Source: Eledone cirrhosa (lineage: Eukaryota). Taken from it: a stretch of DNA of 64,000 nucleotides. The DNA lies in NCBI GenBank assembly GCA_964016885.1, contig OZ024740.1, positions 138,446,001-138,510,000 of the forward strand, in the 5' to 3' direction. The stretch's first letter is position 1, and each line of letters starts with the position of its first letter. The notes beneath the pieces were generated by a model, which made no database searches, had not been told where the DNA came from, and saw nothing but the letters and a program-made list of their open reading frames with translations. Shown here in pieces: positions 15,001 through 27,960 of the stretch. Made by a program: the position numbers and the translations under genes.

Positions 15001-18000
15001 TTTCCCCCAATCTCCAATTCTCTCTTTCTCTTATCACTTTTCTCTCAATCTCCAATTCTCTCTTTCTCTTATCACTTTACCCCCAATCTCCAATTCTCTC
15101 TCTCTCTCTCTTATCACTTTCCCCCAATCTCCAATTATCTCATTCTCTTACCACTTTTCTCTCACTCTCCAATTCTCTCTTTCTCTTATCACTTTTCTCT
15201 CAATCTCCAATTCTCTCTTTCTCTTATCACTTTTCTCTCAATCTCCAATTCTCTCTTTCTCTTATCACTTTTCTCTCAATCTCCAATTCTCTCTTTCTCT
15301 TATCATTTTCCCCCCAATCTCCAATTCTCTCTCTCTCTTATCACTTTTCCCCCAATCTCCAATTCTCTCTTTCTCTTATCACTTTTCTCTCAATCTCCAA
15401 TTCTCTCTTTCTCTTATCACTTTTCTCTCAATCTCCAATTCACTCTCTCTCTTATCACTTTTCCCGCAATCTCCAATTCTCTCTCTCTCTTATCACTTTT
15501 CTCTCAATCTCCAATTCTCTCTCTCTCTTATCACTTTTCCCCCAATCTCCAATACTCTCTTTCAATTATCACTTTTCTCTCAATCTCCAATTCTCTCTTT
15601 CTCTTATCACTTTTCTCTCAATCTCCAATTCTCTCTTTCTCTTATCACTTTTCTCTCAATCTCCAATTCTCTCTTTCTCTTATCACTTTTCTCTCAATCT
15701 CCAATTCTCTCTTTCTCTTATCACTTTTCTCTCAATCTCCAATTCTCTCTTTCTCTTATCACTTTTCCCCCAATCTCCAATTCTCTCTCTCTCTTATCAC
15801 TTTTCCCCAATCTCCAATTCTCTCATTCTCTTATCACTTTTCTGTCACTCTCCAATTCTCTCTTTCTCTTATCACTTTTCTCTCAATCTCCAATTCTCTC
15901 TTTCTCTTATCACTTTTCTCTCAATCTCCAATTCTCTCTTTCTCTTATCACTTTTCTCTCAATCTCCAATTCTCTCTTTCTCTTATCATTTTCCCCCCAA
16001 TCTCCAATTCTCTCTCTCTCTTATCACTTTTCCCCCAATCTCCAATTCTCTCTTTCTCTTATCACTTTTCTCTCAATCTCCAATTCTCTCTTTCTCTTAT
16101 CACTTTTCTCTCAATCTCCAATTCTCTCTTTCTCTTATCACTTTTCTCTCAATCTCCAATTCTCTCTTTCTCTTATCACTTTTCTCTCAATCTCCAATTC
16201 TCTCTCTCTCTTATCACTTTTCTCTCAATCTCCAATTCTCTCTTTCTCTTATCACTTTTCTCTCAATCTCCAATTCTCTCTTTCTCTTATCACTTTTCCC
16301 CCAATCTCCAATTCTCTCTCTCTCTCTTATCACTTTTCCCCCAATCTCCAATTCTCTCATTCTCTTACCACTTTTCTCTCACTCTCCAATTCTCTCTTTC
16401 TCTTATCACTTTTCTCTCAATCTCCAATTCTCTCTTTCTCTTATCACTTTTCTCTCAATCTCCAATTCTCTCTTTCTCTTATCACTTTTCTCTCAATCTC
16501 CAATTCTCTCTTTCTCTTATCACTTTTCTCTCAATCTCCAATTCTCTCTTTCTCTTATCATTTTCCCCCCAATCTCCATTCTCTCTCTCTCTTATCACTT
16601 TTCCCCCAATCTCCAATTCTCTCTTTCTCTTATCACTTTCTCTCAATCTCCAATTCTCTCTTTCTCTTATCACTTTTCTCTCAATCTCCAATTCTCTCTT
16701 TCTCTTATCACTTTTCTCTCAATCTCCAATTCTCTCTTTCTCTTATCACTTTTCTCTCAATCTCCAATTCTCTCTTTCTCTTATCACTTTTCCCCCAATC
16801 TCCAATTCTCTCTCTCTCTTATCACTTTTCCCCAATACTCCAATTCTCTCATTCTCTTATCACTTTTCTCTCACTCTCCAATTCTCTCTTTCTCTTATCA
16901 CTTTTCTCTCAATCTCCAATTCTCTCTTTCTCTTATCACTTTTCTCTCAATCTCCAATTCTCTCTTTCTCTTATCACTTTTCTCTCAATCTCCAATTCTC
17001 TCTTTCTCTTATCATTTTCCCCCCAATCTCCAATTCTCTCTCTCTCTTATCACTTTTCCCCCAATCTCCAATACTCTCTTTCTCTTATCACTTTTCTCTC
17101 AATCTCCAATTCTCTCTTTCTCTTATCACTTTTCTCTCAATCTCCAATTCTCTCTTTCTCTTATCACTTTTCTCTCAATCTCCAATTCTCTCTTTCTCTT
17201 ATCACTTTTCTCTCAATCTCCAATTCTCTCTCTCTCTTATCACTTTTCCCCCAATCTCCATTCTCTCTCTCTCTTATCACTTTTCTCTCAATCTCCAATT
17301 CTCTCTCTCTCTTATCACTTTTCCCCCAATCTCCAATTCTCTCTTTCTCTTATCACTTTTCTCTCAATCTCCAATTCTCTCTCTCTCTTATCACTTTTCC
17401 CCCAATCTCCAATTCTCTCTCTCTCTTATCACTTTTCCCCCAATCTCCAATTCTCTCATTCTCTTATCACTTTTCTCTCACTCTCCAATTCTCTCTTTCT
17501 CTTATCACTTTTCTCTCAATCTCCAATTCTCTCTTTCTCTTATCACTTTCTCTCAATCTCCAATTCTCTCTTTCTCTTATCATTTTCCCCCTAATCTCCA
17601 ATTCTCTCTCTCTCTTATCACTTTTCCCCCAATCTCCAATTCTCTCTTTCTCTTATCACTTTTCTCTCAATCTCCAATTCTCTCTTTCTCTTATCACTTT
17701 TCTCTCAATCTCCAATTCTCTCTTTCTCTTATCACTTTTCTCTCAATCTCCAATTCTCTCTTTCTCTTATCACTTTCTCTCAATCTCCAATTCTCTCTCT
17801 CTCTTATCACTTTTCTCTCAATCTCCAATTCTCTCTCTCTCTTATCACTTTTCTCTCAATCTCCAATTCTCTCTCTCTCTTATCACCTTTCCCCCAATCT
17901 CCAATTCTCTCTCTCTCTTATCACTTTTCTCTCAATCTCCAATTCTCTCTTTCTCTTATCACTTTCTCTCAATCTCCAATTCTCTCTTTCTCTTATCACT

Positions 18001-19825
18001 TTTCTCTCAATCTCCAATTCTCTCTTTCTCTTATCATTTTCCCCCCAATCTCCAATTCTCTCTCTCTCTTATCACTTTTCCCCCAATCTCCAATTCTCTC
18101 TTTCTCTTATCACTTTTCTCTCAATCTCCAATTCTCTCTCTCTCTTATCACTTTTCCCCAATCTCCAATTCTCTCTTTCTCTTATCACTTTTCTCTTAAT
18201 CTCCAATTCTCTCTTTCTCTTATCACTTTTCTCTCAATCTCCAATTCTCTCTTTCTCTTATCACTTTTCTCTCAATCTCCAATTCTCTCTTTCTCTTATC
18301 ACTTTTCTCTCAATCTCCAATTCTCTCTCTCTCTTATCACTTTTCCCACAATCTCCAATTCTCTCTCTCTCTTATCACTTTTCCCCCAATCTCCAATTCT
18401 CTCTTTCTCTTATCACTTTTCTCTCAATCTCCAAATCTCTCTTTCTCTTATCACTTTTCCCCCAATCTCCAATCCTCTCTTTCTCTTATCACTTTTCTCT
18501 CAATCTCCAATTCTCTCTTTCTCTTATCATTTTTCCCTCAATCTCCAATTCTCTCTTTCTCTTATCACTTTTCTCTCAATCTCCAATTCTCTCTTCTCTT
18601 ATCACTTTTCTCTCAATCTCCAATTCTCTCTTTCTCTTATCACTTTTCTCTCAATCTCCTATTCTCTCTTTCTCTTATCACTTTTCTCTCAATCTCCAAT
18701 TCTCTCTTTCTCTTATCACTTTTCTCTCAATCTCCAATTCTCTCTTTCTCTTATCACTTTTCTCTCAATCTCCAATTCTCTCATCTCTTATCACTTTTCC
18801 CCCAATCTCCAATTCTCTCTCTCTCTTATCACTTTTCCCCCAATCTCCAATTCTCTCTTTCTCTTATCACTTTTCTCTCAATCTCCAATTCTCTCTATCT
18901 CTTATCACTTTTCTCTCAATATCCAATTCTCTCTTTCTCTTATCACTTTTCTCTCAATCTCCAATTCTCTCTTTCTCTTATCACTTTTCCCCCCAATCTC
19001 CAATTCTCTCTCTCTCTTTATCACTTTCCCCAAACTCCAATTCTCTCTTTCTTATCACTTTTCCCCCAATCTCCAATTCTCTCTTTCTCTTATCACTTTT
19101 CTCTCAATCTCCAATTCTCTCTTTCTCTTATCACTTTACCCCCAATCTCCAATTCTCTCTCTCTCTCTCTTATCACTTTCCCCCAATCTCCAATTATCTC
19201 ATTCTCTTACCACTTTTCTCTCACTCTCCAATTCTCTCTTCTCTTATCACTTTTCTCTCAATCTCCAATTCTCTCTTTCTCTTATCACTTTTCTCTCAAT
19301 CTCCAATTCTCTCTTTCTCTTATCACTTTTCTCTCAATCTCCAATTCTCTCTTTCTCTTATCATTTTCCCCCAATCTCCAATTCTCTCTCTCTCTTATCA
19401 CTTTTCCCCCAATCTCCAATTCTCTCTTTCTCTTATCACTTTTCTCTCAATCTCCAATTCTCTCTTTCTCTTATCACTTTTCTCTCAATCTCCAATTCAC
19501 TCTCTCTCTTATCACTTTTCCCGCAATCTCCAATTCTCTCTCTCTCTTATCACTTTTCTCTCATCTCCAATTCTCTCTCTCTCTTATCACTTTTCCCCAA
19601 TCTCCAATACTCTCTTTCAATTTATCACTTTCTCTCATCTCCAATTCTCTCTTTCTCTTATCACTTTTCTCTCAATCTCCAATTCTCTCTTTCTCTTATC
19701 ACTTTTCTCTCAATCTCCAATTCTCTCTTCTCTTATCACTTTTCTCTCAATCTCCAATTCTCTCTTTCTCTTATCACTTTTCTCTCAGTGCTCCAGATTT
19801 CTCTCTTTCTCTTTATCACTTTTCC
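1..19825 (+). repeat. 38-bp satellite array (satellite A), block 1
   Basis: Monomer ATCTCCAATTCTCTCTTTCTCTTATCACTTTTCTCTCA repeats every 38 nt (units start at 1, 39, ...). Common variants are TTTTCCCCCAA vs TTTTCTCTCAA and TCTCTCTCT vs TCTTTCTCT. The + strand is almost G-free. Indels increase towards the gap. Confidence 0.98.
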
Positions 19826-20025
19826 NNNNNNNNNNNNNNNNNNNNNNNNNNNNNNNNNNNNNNNNNNNNNNNNNNNNNNNNNNNNNNNNNNNNNNNNNNN
19901 NNNNNNNNNNNNNNNNNNNNNNNNNNNNNNNNNNNNNNNNNNNNNNNNNNNNNNNNNNNNNNNNNNNNNNNNNNNNNNNNNNNNNNNNNNNNNNNNNNNN
20001 NNNNNNNNNNNNNNNNNNNNNNNNN
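19826..20025. other. Assembly gap (200 N)
   Basis: Run of 200 N; the round number suggests a scaffolding placeholder of unknown true size. Confidence 0.99.
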
Positions 20026-21060
20026 GAGAATTGGATATTGAGAGAAAAGTGATAAGAGAAAGAGAGAATTGGAGATTGAGAGAAAAGTGATAAGAGAAAG
20101 AGAGAATTGGAGATTGGGGGAAAAGTGATAAGAGAGAGAGAGAATTGGAGATTGGGGGGAAAAGTGATAAGAGAATGAGAGAATTGGAGATTGAGAGAAA
20201 AGTGATAAGAGAAAGAGAGAATTGGAGTTTGAGAGAAAAGTGATAAGAGAAAGAGAGAATTGGAGATTGAGAGAAAAGTGATAAGAGAAAGAGAGAATTG
20301 GAGATTGAGAGAAAAGTGATAAGAGAAAGAGAGAATTGGAGATTGAGGGAAAAAGTGATAAGAGAAAGAGAGAATTGGAGATTGAGAGAAAAGTGATAAG
20401 AGAAAGAGAGAATTGGAGATTGGGGGAAAAGTGATAAGAGAAAGAGAGATTTGGAGATTGAGAGAAAAGTGATAAGTGAAAGAGAGAATTGGAGATTGGG
20501 GGAAAAGTGATAAGAGAGAGAGAGAATTGGAGATTGGGGGAAAAGTGATAAGAGAGAGAGAGAATTGGAGATTGAGAGAAAAGTGATAAGAGAAAGAGAG
20601 AATTGGAGATTGGGGGAAAAGTGATAAGAGAGAGAGAGAATTGGAGATTGAGAGAAAAGTGATAAGAGAGAGAGAGAATTGAGATTGGGGGGAAAAGTGA
20701 TAAGAGAAAGAGAGAATTGGAGATTGAGAGAAAAGTGATAAGAGAAAGAGAGAATTGGAGATTGAGAGAAAAGTGATAAGAGAAAGAGAGAATTGGAGAT
20801 TGAGAGAAAAGTGATAAGAAGACAGAGAGAATTGGAGATTGAGAGAAAAGTGATAAGAGAAAGAGAGAATTGGAGATTGAGAGAAAAGTGATAAGAGAGA
20901 AGAGAGAAGTTGGAGATTGAGAGAAAAGTGATAAGAGAAAGAGAGAATTGGAGATTGAGAGAAAAGTGATAGAGAAGAGAGAGAATTGGAGATGTGGGAA
21001 AAGTGATAAGAGAGAGAGAGAATTGGAGATTGGGAGGAAAAGTGATAGAGAGAGAGAGTC
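20026..21060 (-). repeat. Satellite A in inverted orientation (mirror copy of ~32,640-33,673)
   Basis: GAGAATTGGAGATTGAGAGAAAAGTGATAAGAGAAAGA is the reverse complement of the monomer. Rare variants at ~20,033, 20,171, 20,225 and 20,471 match variants at ~33,660, 33,521, 33,471 and 33,221 in mirror order. Confidence 0.93.
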
Positions 21061-21159
21061 AATTTGGCCCCTGAGCACCTCTAGAGAAAGAGTGAATTGG
21101 AGATTGAGATGCAAAGTCTTCTTAGAGAATTGTCTAGTCACAGCTCCCTCTCTTCCAAT

Positions 21160-24100
21160 TCTCAGATCTCTGCCCCTATCACCTCTCCCTCTCTCCAATG
21201 TCGCAGATTCTCCCTATCACCTCTCCTCTCTCCAAGTGTTCTCAATCGCTCCCCTATCACCTCTCCCTCTCTGCCAATTCTCAATCTCTCTCCCTATCAC
21301 CTCTCCCTCGCTCCAATTCAAATTTTCCCCTATCACCTCTCTCTCTCTCCAATTCTCAGATGTTTCCCCGATCACCTCTCTCTCTCCAAGTCTCAATCTC
21401 TCCCCTATCACCTCTCCCTCTCTCCAATTCTCAATGTTCCCCTTCACCGCTCTCTCTCTCCAATTCTCAATCTCTCGCCCTATCACCTCTCCGCTCTCTC
21501 CAATTCTCAATTTTCCCCTATCACCACTCTCGCTCTCCAATTCTCAATTTTCCCCTATCACCTCTCTCTTTCTCTCCAATTCTCAATCTCTCCCCTATCA
21601 CCTCTCTCTCTCTCCAATTAACAATCTCTCCCCTATCACCTCTCCCTCTCTCCAATTCTCAATCTCTCCCCTATCACCTCTCCCTCTCTCCAATTCTCAA
21701 TCTCTCCCCTATCACCTCTCCCTCTCTCCAATTCTCAATCTCTCCCCTATCACCTCTCCCTCTCTCCAATTCTCAATCTTTCCCCTATCACCTCTCCCTC
21801 TCTCCAATTCTCAATCTCTCCCCTATCACCTCTCCCTCTCTCCAATTCTCAATTCTTCCCCTATCACCTCTCCCTCTCTCAAATTCTCAATCTCTCCCCT
21901 ATCACCTCTCCCTCTCTCCAATTCTCAATTTTTCCCCTATCACCTCTCTCTCTCTCCAATCTCAATTTTTCCCCTATCACCTCTCTCTCTCTCCAATTCT
22001 CTATCTCTCCCCTATCACCTCTCCCTCTCTCCAATTCGTCAATCTTTCCCCCATCACCTCTCCCTCTCTCCAATTCTCAATCTCTCCCCCATCACCTCTC
22101 CCTCTCTCCAATTCTCAATTTTTCCCCTATCACCTCTCTCTCTCTCCAACTCTCAATTTTTCCCCTGATCACCTCTCTCTCTCTCCAATTCTCAATCTCT
22201 CCCCTATCACCTCTCCCTCTCTCCAATTCTCAATCTTTCCCCCATCACCTCTCCCTCTCTCCAATTCTCAATTCTCTCCCCTATCACCTCTCCCTCTCTC
22301 CAATTCTCAATCTCTCCCCTATCACCTCTCCCTCTCTCCAATTCTCAATCTCTCCCCTATCACCTCTCCCTCTCTCCAATTCTCAATCTTTCCCCTATCA
22401 CCTCTCCCTCTCTCCAATTCTCAATCTCTCCCCTATCACCTCTCCCTCTCTCCAATTCTCAATTTTTCCCCTATCACCTCTCCCTCTCTCAAATTTCTCA
22501 ATCTCTCCCCTATTACCTCTCCCTCTCTCCAATTCTCAATTTTTCCCCTATCACCTCTCTCTCTCTCCAATTCTCAATTTATCCCCTATCACCTCTCTCT
22601 CTCTCCAATTCTCAATCTCTCCCCTATCACCTCTCTCTCTCTCCAATTCTCAATCTCTCCCCTATCACCTCTCCCTCTCTCCAATTCTCAATCTCTCCCC
22701 TATCACCTCTCCCTCTCTCCAATTCTCAATTTTTCCCCTATCACCTCTCTCTCTCTCCAATTCTAAATTTTTCCCCTATCACCTCTCCCTCTCTCCAATT
22801 CTCAATCTCTCCCCTATCACCTCTCCCTATTCTCCAATTCACAATTTTTCCCCTATCACCTCTCTCTCTCTCCAATTCTCAATTTTTTTCCCCTATCACC
22901 TCTCCCTCGCTCCAATTCTCAATCTCTCCCCTATCACCTCTCCCTCTCTCCAATTCACAATCTCTCCCCTATCACCTCTCCCTCTCTCCAATTCTCAATC
23001 TCTCCCCTATCACCTCTCCCTCTCTCCAATTCTCAATTTTTCCCCTATCACCTCTCTCTCTCTCCAATTCTCAATTTTTCCCCTATCACCCCTCCCTCTC
23101 TCCAATTCTCAATCTCTCCCCTATCACCTCTCCCTCTCTCCAATTCTCAATCTCTCCCCTATCACCTCTCCCTCTCTCCAATTCTCAATCTCTCCCCTAT
23201 CACCTCTCCCTCTCTCCAATTCTCAATCTCTCCCCTATCACCTCTCCCTCTCTCCAATTCTCAATCTCTCCCCTATCACCTCTCCCTCTCTCCAATTCTC
23301 AATCTCTCCCCTATCACCTCTCCCTCTCTCCAATTCTCAATTTGTCCCCTATCACCTCTCTCTCTCTCCAATTCTCAATTTTTCCCCTATCACCTCTCTC
23401 TCTCTCCAATTCTCAATCTCTCCCCTATCACCTCTCCCTCTCTCCAATTCTCAATTTTTCCCCTATCACCTCTCTCTCTCTCCAATTCTCAATCTCTCCC
23501 CTATCACCTCTCTCTCTCTCCAATTCTCAATTTTTCCCCTATCACCTCTCTCTCTCTCCAATTCTCAATCTCTCCCCTATCACCTCTCCCTCTCTCCAAT
23601 TCTCAATTTTTCCCCTATCACCTCTCTCTCTCTCCAATTCTCAATCTCTCCCCTATCACCTCTCTCTCTCTCCAATTCTCAATTTTCCCCTATCACCTCT
23701 CTCTCTCTCCAATTCTCAATCTCTCCCCTATCACCTCTCCCTCTCTCCAATTCTCAATCTCTCCCCTATCACCTCTCCCTCTCTCCAATTCTCAATCTCT
23801 CCCCTATCACCTCTCCCTCTCTCCAATTCTCAATCTCTCCCCTATCACCTCTCCCTCTCTCCAATTCTCAATTTTTCCCCTATCACCTCTCTCTCTCTCC
23901 AATTCTCAATTTTTTCCCCATCACCTCTCCCTCTCTCCAATTCTCAATCTCTCCCCTATCACCTCTCCCTCTCTCCAATTCTCAATCTCTCCCCTATCAC
24001 CTCTCCCTCTCTCCAATTCTCAATCTCTCCCCTATCACCTCTCCCTCTCTCCAATTCTCTATCTCTCCCCTATCACCTCTCCATCTCTCCAATTCTCAAT

Positions 24101-26836
24101 TTTTCCCCTATCACCTCTCTCTCTCTCTCCAATTCTCAATTTTTCCCCTATCACCTCTCCCTCTCTCCAATTCTCAATCTCTCCCCTATCACCTCTCCCT
24201 CTCTCCAATTTCTCAATTTTTCCCCTATCACCTCTCCCTCTCTCCAATTCTCAATTCTTCCCCTATCACCTCTCCCTCTCTCAAATTCTCAATCTCTCCC
24301 CTATCACCTCTCCCTCTCTCCAATTCTCAATTTTTCCCCTATCACCTCTCTCTCTCTCCAATTCTCAATTTTTCCCCTATCACCTCTCTCTCTCTCCAAT
24401 TCTCAATCTCTCCCCTATCACCTCTCCCTCTCTCCAATTCTCAATCTTTCCCCCATCACCTCTCCCTCTCTCCAATTCTCAATCTCTCCCCCATCACCTC
24501 TCCCTCTCTCCAATTCTCAATTTTTCCCCTATCACCTCTCTCTCTCTCCAACTCTCAATTTTTCCCCTATCACCTCTCTTCTCTCTCCAATTCTCAATCT
24601 CTCCCCTATCACCTCTCCCTCTCTCCAATTCTCAATCTTTCCCCCATCACCTCTCCCTCTCTCCAATTCTCAATCTCTCCCCTATCACCTCTCCCTCTCT
24701 CCAATTCTCAATCTCTCCCCTATCACCTCTCCCTCTCTCCAATTCTCAATCTCTCCCCTATCACCTCTCCCTCTCTCCAATTCTCAATCTTTCCCCTATC
24801 ACCTCTCCCTCTCTCCAATTCTCAATCTCTCCCCTATCACCTCTCCCTCTCTCCAATTCTCAATTTTTCCCCTATCACCTCTCCCTCTCTCAAATTCTCA
24901 ATCTCTCCCCTATTACCTCTCCCTCTCTCCAATTCTCAATTTTTCCCCTATCACCTCTCTCTCTCTCCAATTCTCAATTTATCCCCTATCACCTCTCTCT
25001 CTCTCCAATTCTCAATCTCTCCCCTATCACCTCTCTCTCTCTCCAATTCTCAATCTCTCCCCTATCACCTCTCCCTCTCTCCAATTCTCAATCTCTCCCC
25101 TATCACCTCTCCCTCTCTCCAATTCTCAATTTTCCCCTATCACCTCTCTCTCTCTCCAATTCTAAATTTTTCCCCTATCACCTCTCCCTCTCTCCAATTC
25201 TCAATCTCTCCCCTATCACCTCTCCCTATCTCCAATTCACAATTTTTCCCCTATCACCTCTCTCTCTCTCCAATTCTCAATTTTTTTCCCCTATCACCTC
25301 TCCCTCTCTCCAATTCTCAATCTCTCCCCTATCACCTCTCCCTCTCTCCAATTCACAATCTCTCCCCTATCACCTCTCCCTTCTCTCCAATTCTCAATCT
25401 CTCCCCTATCACCTCTCCCTCTCTCCAATTCTCAATTTTTCCCCTATCACCTCTCTCTCTCTCCAATTCTCAATTTTTCCCCTATCACCCCTCCCTCTCT
25501 CCAATTCTCAATCTCTCCCCTATCACCTCTCCCTCTCTCCAATTCTCAATCTCTCCCCTATCACCTCTCCCTCTCTCCAATTCTCAATCTCTCCCCTATC
25601 ACCTCTCCCTCTCTCCAATTCTCAATCTCTCCCCTATCACCTCTCCCTCTCTCCAATTCTCAATCTCTCCCCTATCACCTCTCCCTCTCTCCAATTCTCA
25701 ATCTCTCCCCTATCACCTCTCCCTCTCTCCAATTCTCAATTTTTCCCCTATCACCTCTCTCTCTCTCCAATTTCTCAATTTTTCCCCTATCACCTCTCTC
25801 TCTCTCCAATTCTCAATCTCTCCCCTATCACCTCTCCCTCTCTCCAATTCTCAATTTTTCCCCTATCACCTCTCTCTCTCTCCAATTCTCAATCTCTCCC
25901 CTATCACCTCTCTCTCTCTCCAATTCTCAATTTTGCCCCTATCACCTCTCTCTCTCTCCAATTCTCAATCTCTCCCCTATCACCTCTCCCTCTCTCCAAT
26001 TCTCAATTTTTCCCCTATCACCTCTCTCTCTCTCCAATTCTCAATCTCTCCCCTATCACCTCTCTCTCTCTCCAATTCTCAATTTTTCCCCTATCACCTC
26101 TCTCTCTCTCCAATTCTCAATCTCTCCCCTATCACCTCTCCCTCTCTCCAATTCTCAATCTCTCCCCTATCACCTCTCCCTCTCTCCAATTCTCAATCTC
26201 TCCCCTATCACCTCTCCCTCTCTCCAATTCTCAATCTCTCCCCTATCACCTCTCCCTCTCTCCAATTCTCAATTTTTCCCCTATCACCTCTCTCTCTCTC
26301 CAATTCTCAATTTTTTCCCCATCACCTCTCCCTCTCTCCAATTCTCAATCTCTCCCCTATCACCTCTCCCTCTCTCCAATTCTCAATCTCTCCCCTATCA
26401 CCTCTCCCTCTCTCCAATTCTCAATCTCTCCCCTATCACCTCTCCCTCTCTCCAATTCTCTATCTCTCCCCTATCACCTCTCCATCTCTCCAATTCTCAA
26501 TTTTTCCCCTATCACCTCTCTCTCTCTCTCCAATTCTCAATTTTTCCCCTATCACCTCTCCCTCTCTCCAATTCTCAATCTCTCCCCTATCACCTCTCCC
26601 TCTCTCCAATTCTCAATTTTTCCCCTATCACCTCTCCCTCTCTCCAATTCTAATTTTTCCCCTATCACCTCTCTCTCTCTCCAATTCTCAATGTTTTCCC
26701 CTATCACCTCTCCCTCTCTCCAATTCTCAATTCTCTCCCCTATCACCTCTCCCTCTCTCCAATTCACAATCTCTCCCCTATCACCTCTCCCTCTCTCCAA
26801 TTCTCAATCTCTCCCCTATCACCTCTCCCTCTCTCC
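21160..26836. repeat. Apparent second 38-bp satellite (B) = letter-substituted reverse complement of satellite A; probable base-calling artefact
   Basis: Unit TCTCCAATTCTC-AATCTCTCCCC-TATCAC-CTCTCCCTC equals revcomp(A) GAGAATTGGAGA-TTGAGAGAAAA-GTGATA-AGAGAAAGA under G>T, A>C, T>A at all 38 positions. Noisy transition at ~21,040-21,600. Confidence 0.9.
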
Positions 26837-26890
26837 ACCACTCACCTCCTCCCCCCCCCCCCCCTTCTTTCTTCTTCCCCTACATCTACA
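26837..26890 (+). other. Probable PacBio SMRTbell hairpin adapter, letter-substituted
   Basis: Observed C14 (26,851-26,864), TTCTTTCTTCTT, CCCC. The adapter ATCTCTCTC-AACAACAACAAC-GGAGGAGGAGG-AAAA-GAGAGAGAT under G>T,T>A,A>C,C>C gives CACACACAC-C12-TTCTTCTTCTT-CCCC-TCTCTCTCA. It lies at the centre of the mirror symmetry; the flanks match only loosely. Confidence 0.8.
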
Positions 26891-27960
26891 CTCTACAACA
26901 CACTAACACATACACCCAAAACACACCCACACCCCAACACACAAACACAACACCCAAAACACACCCACACCCCAACACACAAACACAACACCCAAAACAC
27001 ACCCACACCCCAACACACAAACACAACACCCAAAACCCCCCCCACACCCCAACACACACACACAACACCCAAAACCCCCCCCCACCCCAACACACAAACA
27101 CAACACCCAAAACCCCCCACACCCCAACACACAAACACAACACCCAAAACACACCCACACCCCAACACACAAACACAACACCCAAAACCCCCCACACCCC
27201 AACACACACTCACAACACCCAAAACCCCCCACACCCCAACACACCAACACAACACCCAAAACACACCCACACCCCAACACACAAACACAACACCCAAAAC
27301 ACACCACACCCAAACACACAATCACAACACCCAAAACACACCACACCCCAACACACAAACACAACACCCAAAACACACCCACACCCCAACACACAAACAC
27401 TACACCAAAACCCCCCCACACCCCATCACACACACACAACACCCAAAACCCCCCACTCCCCAACACTCAACTCACACCCAAATCACACCCACACCCAACA
27501 CTCCAACACAACTCCCAAAACCACCCACACCCATACACACAAACACAACACCCATAACACACCCACACCCCTTCACACTAACACAACACCCAAAACACAC
27601 CCACTCCCATCACTCACACACAACTCCCAATACCCCCACACCCCATCTCACTCACACAACACCTTATCACACAATCTCCCAATCACACTCACTCACAACA
27701 CTCTAACACTCCCACACCCCAACACACTAACACTACACCCAATACTCTCAACTCCCAATCTCACTCACTCTACTCCCTAATACCCCCCAACTCCCATCTC
27801 ACACACTCATCTCACTATACACTCCAATCTCCCTACTCTCTCACTCATCACCCATTTCCCCCACACTCCATTCTCTCAACTCTACTCTCTATACTCTCCA
27901 CTCCATCACTCTCTCTCAACACCTATCCCCCCACTCCTCACTCTCACTCTTACACACTAT
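26891..27960. repeat. Apparent A/C-only 38-bp repeat (C) = letter-substituted forward satellite A, grading back into A
   Basis: Unit ACACAAACAC-AACACCCAAA-ACACACCCAC-ACCCCAAC equals TCTCTTTCTC-TTATCACTTT-TCTCTCAATC-TCCAATTC under T>A, A>C, C>C. T reappears progressively from ~27,450 to ~28,100. Confidence 0.88.

Noticed and set aside
20026-21160. Biological satellite inversion or strand-switch point
   Set aside because: It mirrors 32,640-33,673 variant by variant, lies at a contig start and is part of the fold-back artefact.
21160-27500. Colour-space (SOLiD) decoding error as the cause of the cipher
   Set aside because: Colour-space shifts are pairwise swaps (G>T implies T>G); here T>A and both A and C map to C.
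26880-27800. Telomere-like C/A-rich repeat or His/Thr/Pro-rich protein
   Set aside because: The period is 38 bp and the sequence decodes exactly to satellite A; no TTAGGG-type unit.
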